In this document: in pieces, positions 26,267 to 38,500 of the stretch
Numbering within the stretch: the stretch's first letter is position 1
Layout of the letters: the number at the start of each line of letters is the position of its first letter
NCBI GenBank assembly: GCA_030704615.1
Contig: CM060732.1
Coordinates: 33,852,001-33,916,000, forward strand
DNA from: Takakia lepidozioides
Lineage: Eukaryota; Plantae; Bryophyta
DNA length: 64,000 nucleotides
Direction: 5' to 3'
Notes under the pieces: generated by a model
Told to the model about the DNA's origin: nothing
What the model saw: the letters and a program-made list of their open reading frames with translations, nothing else
Database searches by the model: none
Position numbers and translations under genes: made by a program

Positions 26267-27930
26267 TGTAGTGTGAATGCAGGGGAGTGACATTACATTT
26301 TGGCTTCACCGTTAAGACCCTGCATCACTATAATGGGAGGGCCATCATACCAACTGCAAGAGGGATATATCCCTCCATACAGGTAATTTTGTGGGCATAC
26401 TGTACTCATGCGTTGCCAAAATAAAAATGGCTAAGTTGTGACCATGCATTTTTCATCCATGCGATGAACGTTTTCGTCACTGATGCTCAACCTAAAATCC
26501 GCGAGGAAGGAAGAACGAAGAGGAAGGTGACGGGCGATTCGTAGCAGCTGCCGCGAGCTGTGGTGTTGACAGGGCAGTCTGTGTTGAGAGGTTGTACCTG
26601 CGCTGTGGGACTTCGCTTGGTTTAGAGGGCAGCATTAAGTGCCTCTGCTTGGTATTCTGTGTAAAGGGAAGCGGTGCCGTCTTTCTCGTTGTGATGATCA
26701 ATTCATGGAGATAGGAGCATGTAAGGAGAGCGGCGCACCACCGCTGCTGCCACTGTCTTGAAGATGACAGTTATGGGCAGATGAGCAAGCAAGGAGAACG
26801 GCCACCTGCCAGAAGCACAAGGAAGAGAATCTGAGCACAATCAATGGAGGCGATAAGGCATGTGGAGTGCTGGCTGGATGGCAACACAGGTTATCTGTAA
26901 TCAGGCTTCTAGCTGCCTTTTTGTCTTCTTGCTATAGGTCCATTTCAGTTCTTAAAGAGCTACATGCATAGAAGAATAGAGCAATTTAGTTGGCAAACCA
27001 CAGGATGCTCCATAGGATGATGAGGAGACATCATGGCATGATAAACTCTGGAATCAAGACAAGGAGAAAAGGTTGTGGTGGCTGCTGACAGGCGATGGTG
27101 AGGTGCCATCTCGGCAGGCTGACCCACCGCTTCACTGGAGGATAAAAACAGATAAGTTGGTAGACTGTGGGCTTCTTCTTTTGGCGGACTTAGAAATCGC
27201 TTTTGGTAGATTTAGGACTGCCCTGGTTGTTAAAAGGAAAGGGTGGAGACATGTGATAGAGGAAAGGTTTTTGGAAATGGAATGGAGACTCTGGACTTCA
27301 AACCAGGACATGGAAGGAATGGATACACCTGCCGTCGTAGTGTCAGTAAGAAAAATGAGTGAAGAGAGAGAGAGAGAGACTGTTGTCACAGAAAACAGAA
27401 TGGTCACTGTTGTCTTCATTCTTGTTCTTGTTTCAGTGTTGTAAACCTGCACACAATGCTGCGGGGGGGGGGGGTAGTGATACACTGGACCCAATGTAGA
27501 TATAGCTTGTTTGCTTGGAGAGATAACTGAGGGTAAGCTGGAACTGTATGAAAACACAAAAAGGATAAGGTGTGATTTCAGCATTGCATCAGGATATGAA
27601 CGACTTAAGCCCTTTTGTTGAAAGAAAAAGAGAGATGTTGGGGTATTCAGGTTGAATCTGAAGAAGGGATGAGAGCTATTTTGGGAAATGGGATCTTTTA
27701 AAAGAAAGGGGTAGTGTGAAGGGTTGAGTATTGACGGGGAGAAGAGAGAGAGAGAGATAGAGAGACTGATGAAAGGGATGGTTTTGCCTTGTGAGACCAA
27801 GGATGACTTCATGGCTGGCTGCACTGGATGCCTGGCGGAGTGTGCATTTGCATTACGTGATAGATGGGTTGTATGTGAAGAAGTAAGGAGCCTGTAGACA
27901 TAGACAGAGATAGAGAAACAGACGAGAAAA

Positions 27931-27992
<62 letters not shown>

Positions 27993-28522
27993 CTGCTCAG
28001 CAAAAAGGGTTGATGGGGGGATGGCCAACTTGGGGAGATTGAGATGAAGAAAGCATGAATCCTGAAGGAAAACCAGTGCCCCTGCAGTTTATGAAGATCT
28101 GAGCTGTCTCCCTCTAAATCTGTGTCACCATTACAAAAAGGGATTTCCGACATGTCACTGCTCAAGGGGGTTCACATTAAGGGTCGTATTCACCGCTGCC
28201 ATTGGGCTGCTTGCATCACATAAAAGATCACGCCAACACTGTTGGCACAGTGAGCATAGGGCAGGCTGTTGCATAGAAGTAGAACCGAGGGCAAGAACAA
28301 ACCAAAGACTCCCATCCATGTCTTCTCTTCCGCTGCGGCGTGGATGAGGATTCCGCAAACTCTGATCACGAACGAACCTGAAGGAAAAACCCATATAGCC
28401 TCATGACGATGGTTGGACAGAAAAGAGAACGCTCCTTTCCTTTGCCCTGATACTTCAACAGGGACGAGTAGGAGGAGTACAGATTTAGGATTAACCAGAA
28501 GGGGATTCACGCCCCTTCTTTT
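26267..28522 (+). repeat. 5' LTR (lacks the terminal CACACTACA); contains a (GA)n microsatellite
   Basis: Matches 32324-34579; the only difference I noticed is within the GA tract. Confidence 0.95.
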
Positions 28523-28533
28523 GGTATCAGAGC
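28522..28533 (+). promoter_or_regulatory. PBS complementary to initiator tRNA-Met
   Basis: TGGTATCAGAGC. Confidence 0.92.
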
Positions 28534-28589
28534 AGGCCGGTCTTTGATCCGGGAAATGTAGGATTTAGTGTAGCAAGATAGGGGAGTGA

Positions 28590-31500
28590 TTGCGAGCAAT
28601 GGTGACTAACATTCCATTTTACGGGAAGGAGGATGAGGATGTTTGCAGCTGGATCCAGAATCTGAAAAGGGATGGAGAAATCCGGAGCTATGATAAGCAC
28701 AAGTTATTTGTATCGGCATGGCTGAATCTCAAGGGACGGGCAGATACTTGGCATCGTATACAAAAACCAAGGCCCATGAACTGGCATGATTTTCAAGTAG
28801 CCATAATCTTGAAATTTGGAGGAGAAGATCAATCAAGTAAGAATGAAGTGATGTTAGCAAGGAAGTTTGATGAGATAGATACCAATGTGGAAGAGTCTGT
28901 TACAGGGATGGAAGAGAAATTATCTCTGATTGAGAAGGATAAGCACAACAGGTTCACACCTGTGAGTTCTATTGATCATAAACCTATACCAGATCACAAA
29001 ACAATGTCACGGAGGTGCTTTAGGGAGAAGAACCACACCAGTGAAGTCCCTGCAATGCTTCCTCGAGTTCTCAACTTGAACAAAACAAGGCAGCAAGTAG
29101 AGTGTTGCACTGCATGTCCATCAAGACAGAATCAGATCCGAAGTGAAAAGAATCACCGGCTGGGGCTGCAAATGGGAACATGTGGAATGCAAGATTCAGG
29201 CTGTGAAATGTTGGAACAATGGGAGTCGAAGAGCAGCAGAAGGATGGAATTCGAATGTGTAAGCTCTCTTGGCACAAACGTTGTGAATGTGTTTTGTGAT
29301 GTGGAAGAAGAGATCTTGGAAGATATCTTTTGTTCAACAGAGAGTCAATCAGGTGTCAATGAAGAGTGTGCACCTAGATTGCAAGTTCCTGTGCAGATCC
29401 TAAGGTCTTCTACAAAGGCACATGTAGATCAAGACATGCTTGGGGAGTATGGGCATAGTGTTGCCAACTCACCAAGGATTAGTGGTACAACCTGTGAAGT
29501 GAGTGTCTTGAGAGACGAAGATGACAAGGAGTCTTGGGCAGATCTGATGGAATGGGTGGAGGAAGAGTATGGGCAGAGCGTCACCAACTCGCCAAGGATT
29601 GGTGGTACAACCTGTGAAGTGAGTGTCTTGAGAGACGAAGATGACAAGGAGTCTTGGGCAGATCTGATGGGATGGGTAGAGGAAGAGTGTACATTGCTCG
29701 CTCAAACGAGAAAGGGTCTGGATCAAGATGCACCTCTGGAATCAGACATAAAGGATGCACAGTTGGAGATAGAGCAAGACATGCGGAAAAAATGTGGAAC
29801 CAAGCAAGAGTTAGAAGCAAGGGATGATTGTCTTGATCATGATACCGCCACCACACCAATATACAGAAATCTTGATGTCATCAACGACAACGTGCAAGGG
29901 TTGTGTGGTCAAAATTTATTGAGTGAAGAAGAGTTCAGAAGTAGGAAGTTTCAGTTGCACGACCAATGCTATGTAGATGGGCAGGTCACTGCCTTTTGTT
30001 CATCCAAGAAGGGTCATATGGAGTGTAAAGAAAGACACACATGTGGACACCAATTGGGAATGGGAGGAGTGAGATGTGCGCAATGCAAGACAAAGGAGGA
30101 CAATGAACCTGAATACAAAAGGAGTTCGGAACACTCAAGTAAAGGAGGACATACGACCAATATAGCACATGAGAAGGATGACAAGGAAGATGGTATGTCT
30201 AAGTGGATGTTGGTTGAGTGCACAAGAGACATCAGCTTGCATGACAACTTGGGATCAGATGTGAGTCCGCTGAAATCACCAGTTCGTGCCAAAAGCCAGA
30301 GTGTCTCTCCAGCCCTTGAAACTGTAGATGTTGATACAAGGAAACTTGAATTCCCACCCACAAAACAAAGGATGGGAGATTTGAGTACCGTTCACAAGAA
30401 AGATTTGAAATCTTCTCACGGTTCAACACTCTTGTTGTGGAAAATGGGGAAACTAGCAGCAAAGTTTGACTCTCTTAGAGAGATGCATCTTGGGATGGAG
30501 AGGATGCATAGGGATCAGAAAGAGAAGGTTGGCCTTTCTGCTGAGAAGACCCTGGTTGACCTGATAACGTTCAGAGGTCAGCCAATGAACTATGCCCAGC
30601 AAAGGGTATGGGATCCGGGTACACGAGGACATCTGAGAATGCTCAGTGCAAGCTCAAGCATTAAAGTGAAGGAGCTGCATGTCTTGTATGGGAGGCAGCT
30701 CATGACAAGTCATGTCTCTGTAGAGAGTAATCTGCAGCCTATGGAGCTGAAAAAACAAGAGCAGAGCAGCTCTGGAACAGCCGCTCCACCAAGTGACAGT
30801 TTGATTGAGGAAAGAAGTGGAGAAGGTTGTGAAAAGGGTGACTCGGTGGTGCTGTATGAAGGAGAGATGAAGGTAATGTGCCATCATCCCCAAGCATACC
30901 TAGATCATTGGCATCACATGGGTGCTAATGGCCTTGAAGAGTGCTTTGACATTGTAACTGAAGGAGCTAAGGCTATGCCAGCAGATGCAATTCAGAGAGG
31001 CAATGAGCTTTCTACAGATGCTGGAGATGAAGGAGAGAAGCCCAAACAGGTGACGTTCCTGTGTGTGTTGAATGCATGTGCGAACCTGGCAGACCGGGTA
31101 AAAGGCGAAGAGGTCCATGATGACAGTATCAAATCTGGTATTGCACCAGATATCATTATGGAGACTGCCATTGTTGACAGGTATGCCAAACGTGGGAGCA
31201 TGAATGCACAACATGTGTGTGACAATGTGTCTCACAGAAAAGTGGGGCCATGGAGAGTAATGATTGCAGGTTATGCCCAGCATGGCTCTGAAGCACAGAC
31301 CCTGCAACTGTTTGAACAAATGGAGCAGGAAGGTATGCCACCCAATCTGCTCTCATGGAGTGCAATGATTTCAGGATATGCCCAGCATGGTTGTGAAATT
31401 CAGGCTCAGGAGATGGATGGGCAGTTGATGTGGGAGGCTATGAAGCCTACCCATGTCACGATCACTTCTACTTGCAAGGCATACACCAGCCCTGAATCTC

Positions 31501-32303
31501 TTAAAGAGGGCAGGCTGGTTGAAAGGGAAGAAGGAAGGCATGGTAACCAGAGGGTTGCCCATGACTTGCCACCAACAATACAAATGAAATTGCAGCCTGC
31601 TGTTGAGGACAACCTGCATGCAGGAAATGAGGCAGTACGAAAGGTGCAAGTGTCGATGGGAGCACAAGTGGTAGCTGAGATTCAAAACAAGGAGCCAGGG
31701 AGCAACAACAAAATTGGGAAACGCTGGTTTGTGTGGGAAGGAGATCAGGACCTGCCTGGCATGAACTACAAGAAGAGGAAGAAGGCATTGTCACAAATTG
31801 GATTTGCTCTGGCCGGCGGAACAAATGGACAGCCGGGACACTGTCACTTAAACAAGAGAGGCTGGACGACGATGCAAGCTCAGGGATGGAGCACGAAAAC
31901 TGTGGCCAAGGAAGAAGGCCATGAAATTGGCATGATGAGTTGCATGGAAACCAGGTGGTGGTGTCAGTTTGAGAACAACCCTGCTCGCACCAGCCAGACA
32001 GAAGTGGCCATGAAGATTATGAGCAGAGAGGGGTTTCCCTTTGCTGAAGGCCAAGGCATGACAATCAAAAACAATATTATGAACGGACCTCTCCAAGATA
32101 TCTGGAGCAGAAACAGAAGGGGAATTAACACAATGTACCTGTTGGGAGTACCTTATGATCCTGGAAGGGAAGCTGCACGCAAATGCAGGCTAAGAGATGG
32201 GGCAAACAAGGAATGGGTAAGAAGTAGGCGAGATTTGAAACCATTCATACCACCAGTGGGTGGTCAGCCAGTGAAGGTGGTCAGTGAGGACCCTGACACT
32301 TAA
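28590..32303 (+). CDS. Gag-capsid-like N-terminus fused to captured PLS-class PPR motifs (1237 aa)
   Basis: FYGKEDEDVCSWI..LKGRADTW..WHDFQVAIILKF (gag); 40-aa duplication at ~29444-29690; KPKQVTFLCVLNACA..TAIVDRYAKRGS..WRVMIAGYAQHG..PNLLSWSAMISGYAQHG (PPR, ~31030-31520). Confidence 0.85.
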   Translation: MRAMVTNIPFYGKEDEDVCSWIQNLKRDGEIRSYDKHKLFVSAWLNLKGRADTWHRIQKPRPMNWHDFQVAIILKFGGEDQSSKNEVMLARKFDEIDTNVEESVTGMEEKLSLIEKDKHNRFTPVSSIDHKPIPDHKTMSRRCFREKNHTSEVPAMLPRVLNLNKTRQQVECCTACPSRQNQIRSEKNHRLGLQMGTCGMQDSGCEMLEQWESKSSRRMEFECVSSLGTNVVNVFCDVEEEILEDIFCSTESQSGVNEECAPRLQVPVQILRSSTKAHVDQDMLGEYGHSVANSPRISGTTCEVSVLRDEDDKESWADLMEWVEEEYGQSVTNSPRIGGTTCEVSVLRDEDDKESWADLMGWVEEECTLLAQTRKGLDQDAPLESDIKDAQLEIEQDMRKKCGTKQELEARDDCLDHDTATTPIYRNLDVINDNVQGLCGQNLLSEEEFRSRKFQLHDQCYVDGQVTAFCSSKKGHMECKERHTCGHQLGMGGVRCAQCKTKEDNEPEYKRSSEHSSKGGHTTNIAHEKDDKEDGMSKWMLVECTRDISLHDNLGSDVSPLKSPVRAKSQSVSPALETVDVDTRKLEFPPTKQRMGDLSTVHKKDLKSSHGSTLLLWKMGKLAAKFDSLREMHLGMERMHRDQKEKVGLSAEKTLVDLITFRGQPMNYAQQRVWDPGTRGHLRMLSASSSIKVKELHVLYGRQLMTSHVSVESNLQPMELKKQEQSSSGTAAPPSDSLIEERSGEGCEKGDSVVLYEGEMKVMCHHPQAYLDHWHHMGANGLEECFDIVTEGAKAMPADAIQRGNELSTDAGDEGEKPKQVTFLCVLNACANLADRVKGEEVHDDSIKSGIAPDIIMETAIVDRYAKRGSMNAQHVCDNVSHRKVGPWRVMIAGYAQHGSEAQTLQLFEQMEQEGMPPNLLSWSAMISGYAQHGCEIQAQEMDGQLMWEAMKPTHVTITSTCKAYTSPESLKEGRLVEREEGRHGNQRVAHDLPPTIQMKLQPAVEDNLHAGNEAVRKVQVSMGAQVVAEIQNKEPGSNNKIGKRWFVWEGDQDLPGMNYKKRKKALSQIGFALAGGTNGQPGHCHLNKRGWTTMQAQGWSTKTVAKEEGHEIGMMSCMETRWWCQFENNPARTSQTEVAMKIMSREGFPFAEGQGMTIKNNIMNGPLQDIWSRNRRGINTMYLLGVPYDPGREAARKCRLRDGANKEWVRSRRDLKPFIPPVGGQPVKVVSEDPDT

Positions 32304-32312
32304 AAAGGGAGA
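32302..32312 (+). promoter_or_regulatory. Polypurine tract
   Basis: AAAAAGGGAGA, ending 11 nt before the 3' LTR TG. Confidence 0.75.
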
Positions 32313-32323
32313 CACACTACATA

Positions 32324-33987
32324 TGTAGTGTGAATGCAGGGGAGTGACATTACATTTTGGCTTCACCGTTAAGACCCTGCATCACTATAATGGGAGGGCC
32401 ATCATACCAACTGCAAGAGGGATATATCCCTCCATACAGGTAATTTTGTGGGCATACTGTACTCATGCGTTGCCAAAATAAAAATGGCTAAGTTGTGACC
32501 ATGCATTTTTCATCCATGCGATGAACGTTTTCGTCACTGATGCTCAACCTAAAATCCGCGAGGAAGGAAGAACGAAGAGGAAGGTGACGGGCGATTCGTA
32601 GCAGCTGCCGCGAGCTGTGGTGTTGACAGGGCAGTCTGTGTTGAGAGGTTGTACCTGCGCTGTGGGACTTCGCTTGGTTTAGAGGGCAGCATTAAGTGCC
32701 TCTGCTTGGTATTCTGTGTAAAGGGAAGCGGTGCCGTCTTTCTCGTTGTGATGATCAATTCATGGAGATAGGAGCATGTAAGGAGAGCGGCGCACCACCG
32801 CTGCTGCCACTGTCTTGAAGATGACAGTTATGGGCAGATGAGCAAGCAAGGAGAACGGCCACCTGCCAGAAGCACAAGGAAGAGAATCTGAGCACAATCA
32901 ATGGAGGCGATAAGGCATGTGGAGTGCTGGCTGGATGGCAACACAGGTTATCTGTAATCAGGCTTCTAGCTGCCTTTTTGTCTTCTTGCTATAGGTCCAT
33001 TTCAGTTCTTAAAGAGCTACATGCATAGAAGAATAGAGCAATTTAGTTGGCAAACCACAGGATGCTCCATAGGATGATGAGGAGACATCATGGCATGATA
33101 AACTCTGGAATCAAGACAAGGAGAAAAGGTTGTGGTGGCTGCTGACAGGCGATGGTGAGGTGCCATCTCGGCAGGCTGACCCACCGCTTCACTGGAGGAT
33201 AAAAACAGATAAGTTGGTAGACTGTGGGCTTCTTCTTTTGGCGGACTTAGAAATCGCTTTTGGTAGATTTAGGACTGCCCTGGTTGTTAAAAGGAAAGGG
33301 TGGAGACATGTGATAGAGGAAAGGTTTTTGGAAATGGAATGGAGACTCTGGACTTCAAACCAGGACATGGAAGGAATGGATACACCTGCCGTCGTAGTGT
33401 CAGTAAGAAAAATGAGTGAAGAGAGAGAGAGAGAGACTGTTGTCACAGAAAACAGAATGGTCACTGTTGTCTTCATTCTTGTTCTTGTTTCAGTGTTGTA
33501 AACCTGCACACAATGCTGCGGGGGGGGGGGGTAGTGATACACTGGACCCAATGTAGATATAGCTTGTTTGCTTGGAGAGATAACTGAGGGTAAGCTGGAA
33601 CTGTATGAAAACACAAAAAGGATAAGGTGTGATTTCAGCATTGCATCAGGATATGAACGACTTAAGCCCTTTTGTTGAAAGAAAAAGAGAGATGTTGGGG
33701 TATTCAGGTTGAATCTGAAGAAGGGATGAGAGCTATTTTGGGAAATGGGATCTTTTAAAAGAAAGGGGTAGTGTGAAGGGTTGAGTATTGACGGGGAGAA
33801 GAGAGAGAGAGAGATAGAGAGACTGATGAAAGGGATGGTTTTGCCTTGTGAGACCAAGGATGACTTCATGGCTGGCTGCACTGGATGCCTGGCGGAGTGT
33901 GCATTTGCATTACGTGATAGATGGGTTGTATGTGAAGAAGTAAGGAGCCTGTAGACATAGACAGAGATAGAGAAACAGACGAGAAAA

Positions 33988-34049
<62 letters not shown>

Positions 34050-34588
34050 CTGCTCAGCAAAAAGGGTTGATGGGGGGATGGCCAACTTGGGGAGATTGAG
34101 ATGAAGAAAGCATGAATCCTGAAGGAAAACCAGTGCCCCTGCAGTTTATGAAGATCTGAGCTGTCTCCCTCTAAATCTGTGTCACCATTACAAAAAGGGA
34201 TTTCCGACATGTCACTGCTCAAGGGGGTTCACATTAAGGGTCGTATTCACCGCTGCCATTGGGCTGCTTGCATCACATAAAAGATCACGCCAACACTGTT
34301 GGCACAGTGAGCATAGGGCAGGCTGTTGCATAGAAGTAGAACCGAGGGCAAGAACAAACCAAAGACTCCCATCCATGTCTTCTCTTCCGCTGCGGCGTGG
34401 ATGAGGATTCCGCAAACTCTGATCACGAACGAACCTGAAGGAAAAACCCATATAGCCTCATGACGATGGTTGGACAGAAAAGAGAACGCTCCTTTCCTTT
34501 GCCCTGATACTTCAACAGGGACGAGTAGGAGGAGTACAGATTTAGGATTAACCAGAAGGGGATTCACGCCCCTTCTTTTCACACTACA
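32324..34588 (+). repeat. 3' LTR
   Basis: TG...CA; direct repeat of the 5' LTR plus CACACTACA. Confidence 0.95.
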
Positions 34589-35501
34589 CTACCATAGTAT
34601 AAGGTAAAGCTTTGATAGCGATTCTCTTCCTCTGCTCCTTACCATAACTAGGTGGGCATTGACCATGAGTAAGGTAGTATCTGATTGGCCACTGCCAATC
34701 TAACCATTCATCTGCACTTCCTTGCACCTCCATTACAAATAAACTCGCATCAGGTAACTGATCGTCTACTCCTGTGGTGGCCTCTCCTGTTGTTAGTCGT
34801 GACAAATGATCTGCCACAAGATGCAAACAGCCAGGCTTGTAAACAACTTCGAATTCAAACTCATGCAAGATTATTAACCACCTCGCTATCCTTCCACTTA
34901 TCAAAGGTTTGTTCACCAGATATATCAGAGCCTGGTGATCCACATAAAACATAAACTTTCTTCCCAATAGGTAATGCCTGAATTTCTTGACTGCATAAAT
35001 CATTGCCAGTGCTTCTCTTTCAGTTGTGCTATAGTTCCTTTCAGCACTGTTCATCAACCTGCTAGCATAGTACACAGGTGAATCTATATTTCCTGTAACA
35101 TTCTGGGCTAACATTGCTCCCAACGCTTCTCCTGAGGCATCACAGTGAACATGAAATACTATATGCCAGTGAGGGTTAATCAGCACAGGTGTAGTTGTTA
35201 CTAACAGTGTAAGTTCCTCAAAAGCCTGTTGACATTCAGCTATCCATGCAAACACTGCATCTTTCTTCAGAAGCTTGCTCGGGGGCTGCTATTTCATGAG
35301 CGGCATGAGCATGAGCGGAAAAAAAAAAAGCATGAGCAGAGCATTGTGAGTCCACGGAAATAGGGTTAGGAGGCACGGAAATAGGGTCATGTGAAGTTGG
35401 AATGTGGCACCAGTGGACTTGAAATGCAACATTTTATTGCAAATTTTGTGGCAAGCCACGTCTATACAAGTGTGTTCTAACTGTCATAGCCGGAATAGGC
35501 A

Positions 35502-38500
35502 CTACTCTCCTACACCCTCCGAGGAACTTGCCCCACCTTCTTCCTCATCCCCCTCGTCCTCGGAGCTCTGTGATGCATCAGTTCCACTATGCCTCTCAAA
35601 AATCCCGTCCTCTCCTTGGGGGACTGTCCACCTCACCTCCTGGGAATCTTCTGCGTCTTCTCCCCCACTTTCCTCAGCAGAATCCAACACAAATCTACGA
35701 GCCCGACGGGCTCTAATAGCTGCTGCCTCCTCCCTCATCTTCATTTTCTTGAGGCTTGCCTCGTCTAAAATCTGTTGTACACGACTACGTTCGGAACACC
35801 TCCTAATGGACACCGAAGCAAGCCGGGCAGCATAAGTAGGAAGGATGTACTCCCTTTTTGGACTAGGCATGAAATCCCCCCTAGCAAAAAAAGGGCACGT
35901 TCCTCCTGCCCATGAACTCCGGTGTAGACGTCCCTCCGGCAGTACTTGGCATCCTACAGTAAGAACAAATCCACTTCAAGAATGTCAATACCAGCACAAC
36001 CAGAAAGGGTTTTCAATGAAATAAGAGAGCGGAGGGAGGTGCCTCACGAAATCTGGAGGCAACTTACAATGCCACCACTCACTCATAAACCGGGGGCTCC
36101 TCGGCCTCGATCCCAACTTCCTCCCCCTGCTCCTTCTCGGATTTTCCTCATCCTCCGAGGATGCCTCTTCCTCTTTCGGCAGACGTTCAGCCGCTGCAAG
36201 TTCCGAGTTGTGGAGGGCAGTATCTGGCTCGAAGGCGAACACATGCCTGTTGGACAACGTCCCTGCCCACATTGAAGCACCTGAGGAACAAAGCGGGCGG
36301 TTAATAGCTTGCGGCATGCAATTGCAATCGGGCCAGGGGACAAACTGAGCACGTGAAGGCTTACCCGTGCCGCATGTGAGGTCCAGAATCCGCCCTTGGA
36401 CATCCGAGCACGTCTCCATGAGGGTTTGGATGAAAGCAGGGCTCCGGGTCCGGCTGTACCGCCACGGTTTGCCTGTCTTTGTGTCCTTCGGCATACTAGA
36501 GTGGGGCACATAGTTGTAGAGGACATTGTAGGTTACAGGGTCCACAGCGGCATCAACACAAGACGACCGTCGTTGCGGAATTTGAACGTAGACCCTCTCT
36601 TCACAAAGCAATATGCCTCAAACACCAATGTCTGCACATCCAACAAAGAAGGGATCAATTCCAGGGTCTACTTAACATACACCACAATATGAAGTGAATG
36701 CAATAGATTGATAACTTACACTTTGGCCCTCTGTTCGCAACCCCTGCGTACTGATGCAGAACCATTTTCTGAGGAGGACCGGGGTGACACTTTTTGGTGT
36801 CCACCTTGCCACCGCATTCTTTGTGGTCTTCCCTCTCGTGGCAAGGACAACCACACATCCACCGTCATCCAGAAGCATCCCCGCCAGCCCAAACCCGGCT
36901 TTCTAGTAGTCCTCAGTAAACCTGTTCCAGGTGGGCACACCATCCAGGCCCTCCAGCAGCTCCCCATCTGGAATGTCGAGGAGAATCATGTTGCAAGCTC
37001 TCTCCACCTCAACCCCCCCCGAGTGCTCTTGCAATTTGTGCTCACAGCCGTGAAGAATTCCATCATGGCTCAAAACCAGGGGGTCTTTAGGCTCTGTACC
37101 GCCAGCCTCTTCTTGGCTTTCCCCTTCTGCTCCGCCAGAGACTTGTTGTGTGCCACCTTCTTCGCCCTGGCAGCGAGAGCGTCAAGGAAGCTCTCATTGA
37201 CGCATTGGATGATGGTTGGAGGTTCTAGCTTTGGCCTGTGCGTAAACGTCACCGCCGAATACCGGCGTGTAGGCTCGCCCTCAAATGCCAACTTCTTGGC
37301 AGAGCCAGTCCCACTCCGAACTGACTTGGGAACCCGGACGACCGGTGACTGGGTAGGAGCAACAGCAGTCACAGGACCTTGAACAAAGTCGTCGTCCGAG
37401 TCACTCTCTTGGGTCCCCTCCTGCGCCTCCTCCGATGCCCCGACGGTTTTCTTCTTTTTGGGTGTTACTGCAGTCACCTGTTTCCTTGTCCTTTTCCTTT
37501 GACCTTTACTCTTCTCATGCAATTTCTCCTGAATTCCTGCCTGAGCAAGCTCTGCCGCTTTCCTGGAGTTCGCAAGCGCTTTGCCTCTTTTGCACCCAAC
37601 GGAGGCAGCGGAGCCCGGTTTCGTCGAAATTCAGCATCCAGCTTCAATTGAAACTCGGATGGGTCGAGCGAGCCGGGCGGAAGGTCCACATACCAAGGGC
37701 AATCACGCAAATGTTCCAGATGCCACTCCTTCACAATATCGTCAGTGTACATGGAGTCAGCCCCAGGGTCCTCCATGCCAGGAAGAATGGTGGCTCGAAA
37801 GACAGATGACCTTTCTCCAAAAGGGAGAACTTGCAGTACCTGCATTCATGAAAAACACAATGAGGTCCCTGAAATGCATATTCGGCACCATTTTCCCAGG
37901 TTGGGGCGGCCTAGAAATGGAAAAATGGCGCCGAATTTCGGTTTTCGGTGACTGCCACCGTAGGGACTTAGCCATCTTGGGAGCCCTGAACTGGAAATTC
38001 GGCGCCATTTTTCCCGGTTTGGCCCGAAGATGGCTAAGTCCCAGAACCGCAATAGGGCCTAGAACTGGAAAAAATGGCGCCGAATTTCCAGTTCAGGGCC
38101 AGCCACCCTACGGACTTAGCCCGGAAATGGCTAAGTCCCAGAACGGCAATAGGGCCTAGAACTGGAAAATGGCGCCGAATTTCCACTTCGGGGCCAGCCA
38201 GTCTAGGGACTTAGCCCGAAAATGGCTAAGTCCCTGAACGGCAATAGGGCCTGGAACTGGAAAATGGCGCCGAATTTCCAGTTCAGGGCCAGCCAGTCTA
38301 GGGACTTAGCCCGAAAATGGCTAAGTCCCTGGACGGCAATAGGGCCTAGAACTGGAAAACGGCGCCGAATTTCCAGTTCGGGCCAGCCACCCTAGGGACT
38401 TAGCCAAAAAATGGCTAAGTCCCTGGACGGCAATAGGGCGTAGAACTGGAAAACGGCGCCGAATTTCCAGTTCCGGGCCAGCCACCCTAGGGACTTAGCC

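Larger units (their letters stand above)
26267..34588 (+). mobile_element. Young non-autonomous LTR retroelement (8.3 kb), 4-bp TSD CTAC
   Basis: Ends TGTAGTGTGAA..TTCACACTACA; CTAC at 26263-26266 and 34589-34592; 2256-bp direct repeats offset by 6057; PBS and PPT present; no RT or INT. Confidence 0.95.
19569..35280 (-). mobile_element. Ty3/gypsy element 2 (same family): RNase H, integrase, accessory ORF, PPT, 3' LTR; interrupted by an LTR element and cut by the DNA transposon
   Basis: RNase H 35255-34589; integrase 26266-~24500; host sequence rejoins across the CTAC TSD. Confidence 0.9.

Noticed and set aside
27132-28028. 298-aa minus-strand ORF (duplicated at 33189-34085)
   Set aside because: It lies in the LTR, is driven by (CT)n low complexity and has no recognisable domain.
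31030-31520. Host PPR gene
   Set aside because: The motifs are few and degenerate, have no E/DYW domain, and are internal to an LTR element.
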